Assembly: GCA_963794325.1 (NCBI GenBank)
Contig: CAWCDG010000004.1
Coordinates: 1,504,001 to 1,568,000 of the forward strand
Length of the DNA stretch: 64,000 nt
Direction of reading: 5' to 3'
DNA from: an uncultured delta proteobacterium
Lineage (GTDB): Bacteria; Desulfobacterota; Binatia; Binatales; Binataceae
The position numbers and the translations under genes were made by a program. The notes under the pieces are model-generated. The model saw nothing but the letters and a program-made list of their open reading frames with translations. It was not told the DNA's origin and made no database searches. Position 1 is the first letter of the stretch; each line of letters opens with the position of its first letter. Below are positions 1 through 9,386 of the stretch, piece after piece.

Positions 1-1
1 T

Positions 2-847
2 AATCAGTACGTCAAGCAGGGCGAGTTGCTCTTCATCGTCGATCCGCGCCCCTATCAATCGGTGCTGGACGCTGCGGTCGCCAAGCTGCAATTGACCGAG
101 CTCAATATCAAGGCGCTCGACGATGCGATCCGGACCGCGAAGGCGGATCAAGTACGGCTCGAAGCTGATGCGGCTTATGCCAAGCAGTACCTCGATCGAA
201 TCCAGCCGCTGCTCGCCAAACATTTCGTCACTGCCAACGACGTCTTCAACGCGCGCTCACGGGTTAGCGCTGCCGAGGCCGCGGTGCAGGCGGCGCGCTC
301 CAGCGTCGGTAAGGCGCAGAACGAACTGGGCCAGTACAAAGATATCAACGCGCTGCGCAAAGCCGCGGAGGCCGCCGTTTATGACGCGAAACTCAACGTC
401 GGTTATTGCTACGTGCGCGCGCCGTACAACGGATGGGTCACGAATCTGAACATCGCAGAGGGCCAATACGCCAACGAAGGCCGCGAAGTCGTCAGCCTGA
501 TCGACGATCGCAAGTGGTACGTCATCGCGAATTTCCGCGAGACGTTTCTCTCCCACATCCAGCCCGGGATGACTGCCGAGGTCTTCATCCTCGCCTATCC
601 CAACAAGCGCTTTCGCGGACGCGTGCAAGGCGTCGGATGGGCGCTCTATCAGGAAAACGGCGCGACCGTCCAAGGCCTGCCGCAAGTCGAGACGACGCTC
701 AATTGGGTGCGCCTCTCGCAGCGCTTCCCCGTACGCATTGTACTCGAGGATCGCGACCCGAAGTTCCCGTTCAGGATGGGCAACACCGCCGTCGTAACAA
801 TCCAGGGCTATCGCGATCAGGATGATCGCCAGCAACCTAACCCCTAA
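2..847 (+). CDS. HlyD-family membrane fusion / efflux adaptor protein (5' truncated by window edge)
   Basis: Frame open from position 2 (NQYVKQGELLFIVDPRPY). Coiled-coil middle, lipoyl-like half-motif VRAPYNGWVTN, C-terminal WVRLSQRFPVRI typical of AaeA/MdtN/EmrA-like adaptors. Confidence 0.88.
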   Translation, partial: NQYVKQGELLFIVDPRPYQSVLDAAVAKLQLTELNIKALDDAIRTAKADQVRLEADAAYAKQYLDRIQPLLAKHFVTANDVFNARSRVSAAEAAVQAARSSVGKAQNELGQYKDINALRKAAEAAVYDAKLNVGYCYVRAPYNGWVTNLNIAEGQYANEGREVVSLIDDRKWYVIANFRETFLSHIQPGMTAEVFILAYPNKRFRGRVQGVGWALYQENGATVQGLPQVETTLNWVRLSQRFPVRIVLEDRDPKFPFRMGNTAVVTIQGYRDQDDRQQPNP

Positions 848-876
848 CCGCTTCCCTCGAGGGAAGGGGAACCGGA
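834..876 (+). repeat. REP-like repeat family A, copy 1 (AACCTAACCCCTAACC-CTTCCC-N4-GGGAAGGGGAAC)
   Basis: Near-identical to 5619-5657 and to the reverse complement of 21458-21500; internal hairpin CTTCCC/GGGAAG. Confidence 0.85.
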
Positions 877-991
877 TTTGAGGCAACATTGCGCCCCGTC
901 CTATCCCCCTCACCCCCTTTCCCGCGGGAAAGGGTGAACAGAAAGAACTTGAGAGCGAAATGTCGTCTTCGCCGTTTCGCGATTTCTTTCA

Positions 992-1016
992 CTGGGTGCA
1001 GGGGTCACCCCTGCCG
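992..1016 (+). repeat. REP-like palindrome family B, copy 1 (GGGTGCAGGGGTCACCCCTGCCG)
   Basis: Matches the reverse complement of 9274-9298; hairpin GCAGGGG-TCA-CCCCTGC. Confidence 0.75.
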
Positions 1017-1109
1017 AAGGAAGCGTGAAACCCGCGGAGGGTTTCACATTCAATAAAGTGGATTGAATTCCATTTGACCGCGCCGCACTACTCGGCCTTT
1101 AATGCCCTC

Positions 1110-2520
1110 ATGGCTGGAATTGTTTCTTACGGTTCATACGTTCCTTATCGACGACTCAAGCGCTCGGCGATCGCAGCCGTTCTCGGCACTCCTGCCGGCA
1201 AGGGCGAGCGCGCAATCGCCAGCTTCGACGAAGACAGCGTCTCGATGGCGGTCGAGGCGGTGCGCGATGCGCTGAAATCCGCGCCGCCCGGTGAGATACA
1301 GACGCTCATCTTCGCGACCACAACGCCGCCGTATGCAGAGAAGCTCAGCGCCGCGGTGATCGGCGCGGCCGCCCAGCTTCCGGCGGAGATTCGCGCGTCG
1401 GATATGACAGGGCTCGGTGCGCGCCGGCATGTCGGCGATTCTGCAAGGCGCCGACGCGGTCAGCGGCGGGGCGAAGCGCGCGCTCGTCGCGATTGGCGAT
1501 TGCCGCCTCGCGGCGCCAGAGGGCAAGGCCGAGCAGACCACCGGCGACGGCGCGGTCGCGTTTGTGCTCGGTGCGGACAATGTGATCGCCGAAATCGTGG
1601 CAAGCGCGTCGCTCACGCGCGAGTTCCTTGATACGTGGCGCGCGAATGGCGAGCGCTTTGCGCATTCGTGGGAAGAGCGCTTCACCCTGACGCAGGCGCA
1701 TTCTCCGCTGCTCGGCACCGTAATCAAGAACGTGCTCGAGAAGGCGAAAGTCGCGCCGGGCGATCTGTCGAAGGTGATCCTCGACGCGCCCAACGCCCGC
1801 GCCGCCGACGAGATCGCGCGCGCACTCAAGATCGATCCCGCTAAATTCTCCGATTCGTTTGCGTTGACCGTCGGGCAGACCGGCGCCGCGCATGCGGGCC
1901 TGATGCTGGCGGCCGCGCTGCCGTCCGCCAAGCCCGGTGATCTAATCCTGGTCGCGACGGTCGCCGATGGCGCCGACGCCATTTTAGTGAAAGTGACTCC
2001 AGCGAACGCCGCCTTCAAGCCGGTGCATTCCGTCGGCCGCATGATCGAATCCAAGGGCGACGTGTCCTACGCCAACTATCTCAAGTGGCGCGAGATTCTG
2101 CCGACCGAGCCGCCGCGCCGCCCCGACCCCGACCGGCCAGCGGGACCGCCGATGATGCGCTCGGAGAAGTGGAAGTTCGGATTCATCGGATCGCGATGCA
2201 CCAACTGCGGGACGCCGCAACTTCCGCCGCAGCTGGTATGCGTGAAATGCCACAAGCGCGGTTTCATGGAGCCGTATCAGTTCGCCGATCGCACCGCGAA
2301 AATCGCGACCTACGCCATCGATCGCCTCGCCTATTCTCTTAACCCGCCGACTGTTAACGTCGTGGCAGACTTCGAGGGCGGCGGCCGTTTCCTGTGCGAG
2401 ATGACCGATTGCGAGCCCGACAAGGTCGCGATTGGCGACGAAGTCGAAATGACGTTTCGCCGGCTCTTTACCGCCGACGGCGTTAACAACTATTTCTGGA
2501 AAGCGCGCCCCAGGCGTTAG
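1110..2520 (+). pseudogene. HMG-CoA synthase/KAS-III-like + Zn-ribbon/OB-fold (DUF35) fusion protein, frameshifted as assembled
   Basis: The MAGIVSYGSYVPYRRL...DEDSVSMAVEA frame joins ORF 1417..2520 if one G is removed from GGG at 1410-1412 (giving DMTGSVRAG). C-terminal CTNC...CVKC and EMTFRR...NYFWKA DUF35 signature. Confidence 0.85.
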
Positions 2521-2537
2521 CAGCCGAGGAGAAAATC

Positions 2538-3722
2538 ATGGCCAGCAGAGGAATCAAGGACCGCGTCGCGATCATCGGGATGGGATGCACCAAGTTCGGC
2601 GAGCATTGGGACAAGGGGCCCGATGATCTGCTGGTCGATGCGGCCTACCAGGCCTACGAATCGGCCGGCGTCGAGCCCAACGACGTCGACGCGTACTGGC
2701 TCGGCACGATGGGCTCGGGAATCTCGGGGCTGACGCTCAGCGAGCCGCTCAAGATTCAGTACAAGCCCGTCACTCGCGTCGAGAACATGTGCGCGACAGG
2801 ATCCGAAGCACTGCGGCAGGCATGCTACGCGGTCGCGTCGGGCGCATTCGACATGGCGATGGCTATCGGCGTCGAGAAGCTCAAGGACTCGGGCTACTCG
2901 GGGCTCGTCATGAATGCGCCGCCGAACGACGGCACCGAGGGCAGCATGACGGCGCCCGCGTCGTTCTCGCTGCTGGCGCCCGCGTACTTCAAGAAGTACG
3001 GACTCGACCCGGACAAGGGCAAGGACGTCCTCACGCGAATCGCGTGGAAGAATCACAAGAACGGCGCCAAGAATCCCAAGGCGCAATTCCAGAAGGAAGT
3101 GTCGCTCGAGACGATCAAGAACTCGCCCAAGATTGCCGACCCGCTCGGAATCATGGATTGCTCGGGCGTCTCGGACGGATCGGCGGCGGCGATCGTCGTT
3201 CGCGCCGAGGACGCGCACAAGTACTGTAAGAATCCCATCTACATAAAGGCGCTGTCGTTCATCGCGGGACCGGCGGAAGGACCGCTGTCGCAGGACTACG
3301 ACTTCACGACGTTCCGCGAAGTCGTCGCGACTGCCAAAGACGCCTACGCGCAGGCGGGCATCACCGATCCTCGCAAGCAGATCAGCATGGCCGAGGTTCA
3401 CGATTGCTTCACGCCGACCGAGCTCGTGCTCTACGAGGACCTCGGCTTCAGCCCGCGCGGCACCGCATGGCAGGACGTGATGGACGGGTTTTTCGACCTC
3501 GAAGGCACGCTGCCGGTAAATCCCGACGGCGGCCTCAAGTCGTTCGGTCATCCGATTGGCGCGTCAGGCCTGCGCATGATGTACGAGATGTGGCTGCAGA
3601 TGCGCGGTGAAGCGGGTCCGCGCCAAATCAAGAATCCGAAAGTAGGCCTCACGCACAACCTGGGCGGCGCCCCCGGCCGATGCGTCAGCTTCGTATCGGT
3701 AGTAGGCAGCCAGGTAGGCTAG
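2538..3722 (+). CDS. Acetyl-CoA acetyltransferase (SCP2/thiolase-like)
   Basis: VENMCATGS catalytic Cys, AEVHDCF, GHPIGASG and THNLGG motifs; GAGGAG RBS; follows the DUF35 fusion. Confidence 0.93.
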   Translation: MASRGIKDRVAIIGMGCTKFGEHWDKGPDDLLVDAAYQAYESAGVEPNDVDAYWLGTMGSGISGLTLSEPLKIQYKPVTRVENMCATGSEALRQACYAVASGAFDMAMAIGVEKLKDSGYSGLVMNAPPNDGTEGSMTAPASFSLLAPAYFKKYGLDPDKGKDVLTRIAWKNHKNGAKNPKAQFQKEVSLETIKNSPKIADPLGIMDCSGVSDGSAAAIVVRAEDAHKYCKNPIYIKALSFIAGPAEGPLSQDYDFTTFREVVATAKDAYAQAGITDPRKQISMAEVHDCFTPTELVLYEDLGFSPRGTAWQDVMDGFFDLEGTLPVNPDGGLKSFGHPIGASGLRMMYEMWLQMRGEAGPRQIKNPKVGLTHNLGGAPGRCVSFVSVVGSQVG

Positions 3723-3733
3723 CTCTTCTCTTG

Positions 3734-3761
3734 TGTCATTCTAGAGCGAAGCGAAGAATCC
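3734..3761 (+). repeat. REP-like element (TGTCATTCTAGAGCGAAGCGAAGAATCC)
   Basis: Resembles the widespread GTCATTCTGAGCGAAGCGAAGAATC extragenic repeat; single copy in this window. Confidence 0.5.
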
Positions 3762-3784
3762 CGGTTCTTCGCTAGACTGATCAC

Positions 3785-3818
3785 AACGGCCGGCATCATA
3801 AGAATGCCGGCCGTTTTC
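3785..3818 (+). terminator. Rho-independent terminator
   Basis: 12-bp perfect inverted repeat AACGGCCGGCAT/ATGCCGGCCGTT ending in a T run, downstream of the thiolase. Confidence 0.7.
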
Positions 3819-3835
3819 CATTTGCGTGACTGACA

Positions 3836-4117
3836 ATGCAGACCCTATCTCCATTACTCAGCCGATTAGCCACTCTGCTAGTCGCCGTAGCTATCGTCCT
3901 ATACATCGGCGACTACCTCGTCATGAGACTAAGAAGCAATCCAACGGGAACCTGTCAAATCACCAAGCTCTACTCGGTGCCTCAAAAGGACGGTAAGACT
4001 GAATACGAAGCAGGCGAGCCAGAAACCCAAACTTGCGCAAATTCAATCTTCCCGCATATGGGTTACAGCTCCTGCTGGTATGTAGAGCGTCACAAAACCC
4101 AGCAGGTAAATCTGTGA
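3836..4117 (+). CDS. Small hypothetical membrane-anchored protein (93 aa)
   Basis: N-terminal TM helix; C-terminal CANSIFPHMGYSSCWY; lower GC than the flanks. Confidence 0.65.
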   Translation: MQTLSPLLSRLATLLVAVAIVLYIGDYLVMRLRSNPTGTCQITKLYSVPQKDGKTEYEAGEPETQTCANSIFPHMGYSSCWYVERHKTQQVNL

Positions 4118-4202
4118 CCCCCCGCGGCACTAACCACTCTGCAGAGTGTTGTGATAGAATCGTTCACTGAGAGTTAGCGGCCCTCGGGCCGTTTAGGCTC
4201 AG

Positions 4203-4985
4203 ATGACTTATAAATTCTGCGCAGCCTTCCTTTCTTCCGTTCTACTGATCGCAACCACGCTTCTCGGTGCAGCTTACTCCCGGAGCGCGTCCGCTTCAGA
4301 CTCGAACGATACTGATAACGCCGTCGCTGAATATCTGGATGGCGCGACAGAAAATACGCGTGGACAAGATCATCGCCAGGTACTGAAGCAAGCCTTGAAC
4401 GACATGCTCAATTTGCCAGTCAAGAAACTCTGCGACAAGTACTACCCGGACTACGAGATGCATCCGGACGCTTGGTCGATAACCGTGATCCTCGATCGTT
4501 ACATTGTCCCCAAGCGTCAGGATTTGACGATCGGCGACGACGAGTTTTTCGACGATATGAGGAAACCGGAGGCGCGACGAGCGATCCGTGCGTGGTTAGT
4601 GAAACTGAACGCCGAAGACGTAAATGGCCCCGGGTCAACGCGCCCTCGCAACACCGTGGAAGACTACCTCAATGGCGCGGAAGAACAGTCCGAAACCGAT
4701 GATCAGAAGGCCGTAATCAAGCAGGCCTTCGTTGATATGCTGAATGAACCGATCGAGAGTCTTCGCAAGAAACGTTATCCCGACTACCAGTTGCACCCTC
4801 ACCAGTGGCCGGCCACTGAAGTCTTATACCGTTATATCGTACCAGATCCACTAATCTCGTTCGACGACGACGAGCTATTTCGCGACGTGAAGAAGCCCCA
4901 AGCTCGAGAAATGATTCAAGAGTGGCTCAACTACCTGGATAATCCTGACGGCAAGCTCGGTCCGGCACGAAGACAATGGCCGTAA
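4203..4985 (+). CDS. Secreted hypothetical protein with two ~97-aa tandem helical repeats
   Basis: Signal peptide; repeats share YL.GA, KQA..DMLN.P, YPDY..HP..W, RYIVP and KP.AR..I..WL. Confidence 0.8.
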   Translation: MTYKFCAAFLSSVLLIATTLLGAAYSRSASASDSNDTDNAVAEYLDGATENTRGQDHRQVLKQALNDMLNLPVKKLCDKYYPDYEMHPDAWSITVILDRYIVPKRQDLTIGDDEFFDDMRKPEARRAIRAWLVKLNAEDVNGPGSTRPRNTVEDYLNGAEEQSETDDQKAVIKQAFVDMLNEPIESLRKKRYPDYQLHPHQWPATEVLYRYIVPDPLISFDDDELFRDVKKPQAREMIQEWLNYLDNPDGKLGPARRQWP

Positions 4986-5018
4986 CCAAACCGCCCGCCG
5001 TGAGGTTCCTATGCCACG

Positions 5019-5510
5019 ATGCCATCTTCATCAGGCCGAGAAGCGGTCTTCGAATACAATCGAGTTCAATACTGCGCTAAGTGTAAGTCGGGAATACTCT
5101 CTGCCGTAGGGAATGTGCGCCGCGACGTCGAGCCTAAAGTTTGTTTCATCTGGTACCAGGGCAATGACGATTGGGAGCCGATCCCGGGAACCGGGTGCGC
5201 CCACTGGGTGGCGCATGAGAAAGACATTCAATCGGGTCGAGCCCTCGATAGATGTCTGTTCGGATTCACCTATTGAGTCCCCGTGCTCATTGAGAGATGC
5301 GGAGAGGTGGAGTTGGAAAATGTTCGAAGCGGTGACATTTGGGTCAATGACGCCGAGAATCACGCAGGTCTGGTCATTCGAGTCATGCCAAACCTTTACC
5401 CTGATGAAATGCCTGAAATTACCATCTGCCACGATTCAAGCGGACAGCATGGCCTCGCCATCAACGACTTTGAGCGCTACTTTCACGGACGGGGTTCGTT
5501 CTGGCGCTGA
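5019..5510 (+). pseudogene. Putative Cys/His (NlpC/P60-like) amidase interrupted by an in-frame TGA
   Basis: ORFs 5019..5276 and 5283..5510 are in the same frame, separated by one TGA (5274-5276). Motifs GCAHWVAH ... GDIWV ... HAGLV ... ITICH. Confidence 0.6.
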
Positions 5511-5618
5511 AGAATTTATGGAGATTCTTTCCCAGCCTCTTGATCAGCTCACGGACGCCGGACGGCTCGGGTGGGGTCCGACTTGCCCGAATTCCTGGTC
5601 CGTTTCGCTCCGCCCGGC

Positions 5619-5657
5619 AACCTAACCCCTAACCCCTTCCCTCGAGGGAAGGGGAAC
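5619..5657 (+). repeat. REP-like repeat family A, copy 2
   Basis: AACCTAACCCCTAACCCCTTCCCTCGAGGGAAGGGGAAC between convergent genes. Confidence 0.85.
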
Positions 5658-5685
5658 AATCGCGTGGAGAGGAGTAGCGCGAGTT

Positions 5686-6846
5686 CTACTTCCTACTTTC
5701 CAATCCCATCCTACGCGCGATGATCACCTTCATGATTTCATTCGTGCCTGCGTAGATCGATTGCACCGCGGCGTCCGCGTAGTCCGTTGACACCGGGTAC
5801 TCCATCATGAAGCCGTAGCCGCCGTGTAGCTGAAGGCATTGGCTCGCGATCTTCTTCTGTAGGTCGGTGGTCCACCATTTTGCCATGCTTACTTCGGCTA
5901 CTATCTCGTCGCCGCGGACGTGGGCTTGCAGGAGCTTGTCAACGAAGGCTTGTCCTACTTCTACTTCCGTCATCATCTCGGCGAGCTTGAACTGGGTGTT
6001 TTGAAACTCCGCGATCGGCTGTCCGAATGCTTTGCGATTCTTGCAATAGGCGATGGTGTCCTCGAGCGTGCGCCAGCAACTAGCTATCGAGGCGACTCCT
6101 ATACATAGCCGCTCCTGCTGGAGTTTCTCCATCAGCATCTTGAAACCCGTGCCCTCCTTACCGAGCAGGTTGCCGGCCGGGACGCGGCAGTCTTCGAAGA
6201 ACAACTCGCTGGTATCCTGGCCGCGCAGCCCGAGCTTGTCGAGCTTGCGGCCGCGAACGAAGCCGGGTGCGCTCGCATCGACCAGCATCAGGCTGACGCC
6301 CTTATGCGGCGGGTTAGCCTTCGGATCGGTCTTGCACGCGACAATTACGAGGTCGGCAATCTGCCCATTGGAAATGAAAATCTTCGAGCCGTTGATCACG
6401 TAATGGTCGCCGTCGCGGCGCGCTGTCGTCTGCACGGCGGCAAGATCGGACCCGGTGCCCGGCTCGGTCATCGCGATCGCGAGGATTATCTCGCCGGCGA
6501 TCGCACCGGGCAGGTAGCGGCGCTTCTGCTCCTGGTTGCCGAAGCTCGCGATGTAAGGCATGCAGATGTCCGAATGCAGCGACATCATGAGGCCATGCGC
6601 GCGCACGCGCGACAGCTCTTCCATCACGATGGCGTCGTAGATGAAATCCACGCCGCCACCGCCGTATTCCGCGGGCGCGTTCGCGCCAAGGAATCCAGCC
6701 TCACCCATCTTGCGCCAGCTCGCGCGATCGCTCATCCCAACGCGATTCCATTCGGGCACCTTCGGCTCGATCTCGGAATCGACAAACCGCCGCACCTGCG
6801 AGCGAAACATCTCGTGCTCTTCAGTAAAAATATCTCGTCGCATCAT
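5686..6846 (-). CDS. Acyl-CoA dehydrogenase
   Basis: AMTEPGTGSDL, NGSKIFISNG, QLHGGYGF and IYAGTNEIMK motifs; start placed at MMRRDIF after an AGGTG RBS. Confidence 0.95.
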   Translation of the reverse strand: MMRRDIFTEEHEMFRSQVRRFVDSEIEPKVPEWNRVGMSDRASWRKMGEAGFLGANAPAEYGGGGVDFIYDAIVMEELSRVRAHGLMMSLHSDICMPYIASFGNQEQKRRYLPGAIAGEIILAIAMTEPGTGSDLAAVQTTARRDGDHYVINGSKIFISNGQIADLVIVACKTDPKANPPHKGVSLMLVDASAPGFVRGRKLDKLGLRGQDTSELFFEDCRVPAGNLLGKEGTGFKMLMEKLQQERLCIGVASIASCWRTLEDTIAYCKNRKAFGQPIAEFQNTQFKLAEMMTEVEVGQAFVDKLLQAHVRGDEIVAEVSMAKWWTTDLQKKIASQCLQLHGGYGFMMEYPVSTDYADAAVQSIYAGTNEIMKVIIARRMGLESRK

Positions 6847-6857
6847 TGTGAGATCAC

Positions 6858-7145
6858 CTACGCAGCCTTGAACGACCGCACCCGGATTCGATTCGCGCGG
6901 CTGCGCGCCTGCCAAAGATCGTAGGCCATCTGCATCCCGAGCCACGTCTCCGGACTGGAGCCGAACGCCTTCGAGAGCCGAATCGCCATCTCGACCGACA
7001 CCGCCGCTCTTTGATTCACCACGTCCGAAAGCGCCTGCCGGGTGACGCCCAAAGCCTTAGCGGCTTCGGTTACCGAGAGGCCCAAAGGTTCGAGGCACTG
7101 GCGTCGTACGATGCCGCCCGGATGAGGAGGATTGTGCATAGCCAT
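6858..7145 (-). CDS. higA: HigA-family antitoxin (XRE HTH)
   Basis: MAMHNPPHPGGIVR...LSVTEAAKALGVTRQALS...WLGMQMAYDLW; GGAG RBS. Confidence 0.93.
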   Translation of the reverse strand: MAMHNPPHPGGIVRRQCLEPLGLSVTEAAKALGVTRQALSDVVNQRAAVSVEMAIRLSKAFGSSPETWLGMQMAYDLWQARSRANRIRVRSFKAA

Positions 7146-7156
7146 AAGGTTCGCTC

Positions 7157-7435
7157 CTAATGATAGTCGATGTAGTCCAGATCTACGACGTGCCCCTCCT
7201 CGAAACGGAAGATGACCCGCCAATTTCCGGACACCGAAACTGCATAGTGCCCTTTCAAGACTCCTTTCAATGCGTGGAGCCGAAAGCCGGGGACATTCGC
7301 ATCTTGAGCCGTGTGGCTTCGGTCCAGGACCGCAAGAATGTCGCGCAGCTTGTCGATATGCTGAGGAGCCACGTGCCCACTCGTCCGGCCATCGTACAAG
7401 GCCTTGAGGCCGCGATGTTTGAACGAGCGGATCAC
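7157..7435 (-). CDS. higB: HigB/RelE-family mRNA interferase toxin (killer protein type)
   Basis: MIRSFKHRGLK...LHALKG...AVSVSGNWRVIFRF...DYIDYH; lies upstream of higA. Confidence 0.93.
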   Translation of the reverse strand: MIRSFKHRGLKALYDGRTSGHVAPQHIDKLRDILAVLDRSHTAQDANVPGFRLHALKGVLKGHYAVSVSGNWRVIFRFEEGHVVDLDYIDYH

Positions 7436-7443
7436 TCTACATT

Positions 7444-7472
7444 TTTGTAGCCTGTCACTTGTCGCTTGTCAA
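7444..7472 (-). promoter_or_regulatory. Candidate sigma70 promoter for higBA (leaderless)
   Basis: Minus strand TTGACA-17 nt-TACAAA ending 8 nt before the GTG; three 7-bp-periodic TGTC repeats across it may be an operator. Confidence 0.45.
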
Positions 7473-7933
7473 TCGCGCATCTTCGTGTTGGTGCGCAGCG
7501 CAATCAAGCCCGGCAGATCGTATTGTGGGAGGTCGTCGGCGATTTCGAACCATGGCGGGTTCAGCTCGATGAAGATGTGCTTGTCGGGTCTGATGCCGGG
7601 ATCGTCGTCGAGCAGGCCGGCGGGAATTTCGAGCAATCCTGAACGGCCGCGGGTCTTTTTCGGTTCTGGATCAGGATTTGGCACCGGCGAACCACAGCGG
7701 CTGCAGAACGACGCGCGAAAGGCGGGAGGCGTGCGCAATATCGGCGCCTCGTAGGTGGTGATTAGCTCCTTGCCCTGCACGAGGCGAAAGTCCCCGAAGC
7801 TGACATAGAGTCCTGAAAAAAATGCGGAGCCGGTGACTTTGCGGCATCGCGTGCAATGGCAGAGCTCGAAGGGGCCGGCTGGTTTGCTGATTTCGAAACG
7901 AATTCCGCCGCACAGACAGCTTCCGTGGATCAT
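7469..7933 (-). CDS. GFA (Mss4-like, Zn-binding) family protein
   Basis: GSCLCG, CHCTRC and FCSRCGS motifs; GGAGG RBS before ATG 7933. Confidence 0.9.
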   Translation of the reverse strand: MIHGSCLCGGIRFEISKPAGPFELCHCTRCRKVTGSAFFSGLYVSFGDFRLVQGKELITTYEAPILRTPPAFRASFCSRCGSPVPNPDPEPKKTRGRSGLLEIPAGLLDDDPGIRPDKHIFIELNPPWFEIADDLPQYDLPGLIALRTNTKMRD

Positions 7934-8156
7934 TTGATGCACCTCCCGGATCAGAGTCAGAATCTTGAATCGCGCGCTGTGATCGGACCTTCACCTTCGA
8001 TCCTCTCCCATTTTGGGAGAGGGGAATAAAGAGCTTTGCAATTTTACTAAACGATTGGTATGTGATTGGAAGCCTTGGTGAATCGCAATTGTCGGGTTGC
8101 GGTACATTACTCGTGACAACTGAAACTGAAAGCCCGGCCTCATGGAGGATCTCCGA

Positions 8157-9239
8157 ATGAAAGTTGGTGGCGCTGTTATTTTTCAGAATCCGCACAATGT
8201 GCGATCGGATCGCGACGTTTATGTCGAAGACCTGCGGATCGGCGACCTCTACGAGCCGCTTGGCTTCGATTCCATCTGGAGCGTCGAGCATCATTTCGAC
8301 GACTACACGATGTGCCCCGACGTGCTGCAGTTCCTGACCTACTTCGCCGGGCGCACGAAGACGGTTCAGCTCGGATCGATGGTGGTCGTGATGCCGTGGC
8401 ATGACCCGATGCGCGTCGCCGAGCAGGTATCAGTCGTCGATCACATGTCGAACGGGCGCATGATTCTCGGACTTGGGCGCGGCCTTGCGCGCATCGAGTT
8501 CGAGGGCTTTCGCGTTCCGCTCGGCGAATCGCGCGAGCGCTTTATCGAATCGGCCGAGATGCTGATCCAGGGTCTCGAGAAGGGCTACTGCGAATACGAC
8601 GGCAAGTACATCAAGCAGCCGCGCCGCGACATCCGGCCCAAGCCGTTCAAGTCGTTCAAGGGACGCACTTACGCGGCCGCGGTCTCGCCCGAGTCGGCGC
8701 GAATCATGGCGAAGCTCGGCATCGGCATTTTGATAATTCCGCAAAAGCCATGGGAAGCCGTCGCGCAGGAACTCGGCGAGTATCGCACTATCTACAAACA
8801 GGTGAATGGCGGAGAGCCGCTGCCGACAATCGCGGCGGGCTGGACCTTCTGCGACAAGAGCGCCGACCGCGCGCGCGAGATGGCGGTCAAGTACATCGGC
8901 GGCTACTGGGACACCGCGCTGCGTCATTACGAGATGGCGAGCGAGAATTTCGGCAAGGCCAAGGGCTACGAATATTACGAGCAGATGGCGAAGGCCTTGA
9001 AGGGCAACACGAGCGCGTCGATCGAGTATTTCCTGAGCCTGCAGGTGTGGGGCACGCCCGAGATGTGCTTCAACAAGATCGACGAGATTCGCCAGAAGGT
9101 CGGCGCGGACCATTACACCGGCGTGTTCAGCTATTCAGGGATGCCGATCGAGGACGCGGAGAAGAGCCTGCGGCTTTTCGCGGCCGAGGTGATGCCGGAG
9201 TTGAAGAAGCTCAACGGAGTGAAGGCCGAGGCTGCGTAG
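8157..9239 (+). CDS. LLM-class flavin-dependent oxidoreductase (luciferase-like monooxygenase)
   Basis: GFDSIWSVEHHF, DPMRVAEQ and SNGRMILGLGRG motifs; GGAGG RBS at 8144. Confidence 0.92.
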   Translation: MKVGGAVIFQNPHNVRSDRDVYVEDLRIGDLYEPLGFDSIWSVEHHFDDYTMCPDVLQFLTYFAGRTKTVQLGSMVVVMPWHDPMRVAEQVSVVDHMSNGRMILGLGRGLARIEFEGFRVPLGESRERFIESAEMLIQGLEKGYCEYDGKYIKQPRRDIRPKPFKSFKGRTYAAAVSPESARIMAKLGIGILIIPQKPWEAVAQELGEYRTIYKQVNGGEPLPTIAAGWTFCDKSADRAREMAVKYIGGYWDTALRHYEMASENFGKAKGYEYYEQMAKALKGNTSASIEYFLSLQVWGTPEMCFNKIDEIRQKVGADHYTGVFSYSGMPIEDAEKSLRLFAAEVMPELKKLNGVKAEAA

Positions 9240-9273
9240 GAAGAACCGAGATGATAATCGCCTGCGCGGCGGG

Positions 9274-9298
9274 CGGCAGGGGTGACCCCTGCACCCGG
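9274..9298 (-). repeat. REP-like palindrome family B, copy 2
   Basis: CGGCAGGGGTGACCCCTGCACCCGG, inverted relative to 992-1016; between convergent genes. Confidence 0.75.
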
Positions 9299-9386
9299 TG
9301 TTAAGAAAGATGCGGGACTTCGTCCCTGTTAGAAAGTTCTTGAAGGGAGACGAATCGCGGTAGGTTTCCCGTTTCCTATTTGCAGG

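Noticed and set aside
5274-5310. In-frame TGA as selenocysteine
   Set aside because: It is not at the presumed catalytic Cys, only a weak hairpin follows, and CGA>TGA (FTYRVP) is the simpler explanation.
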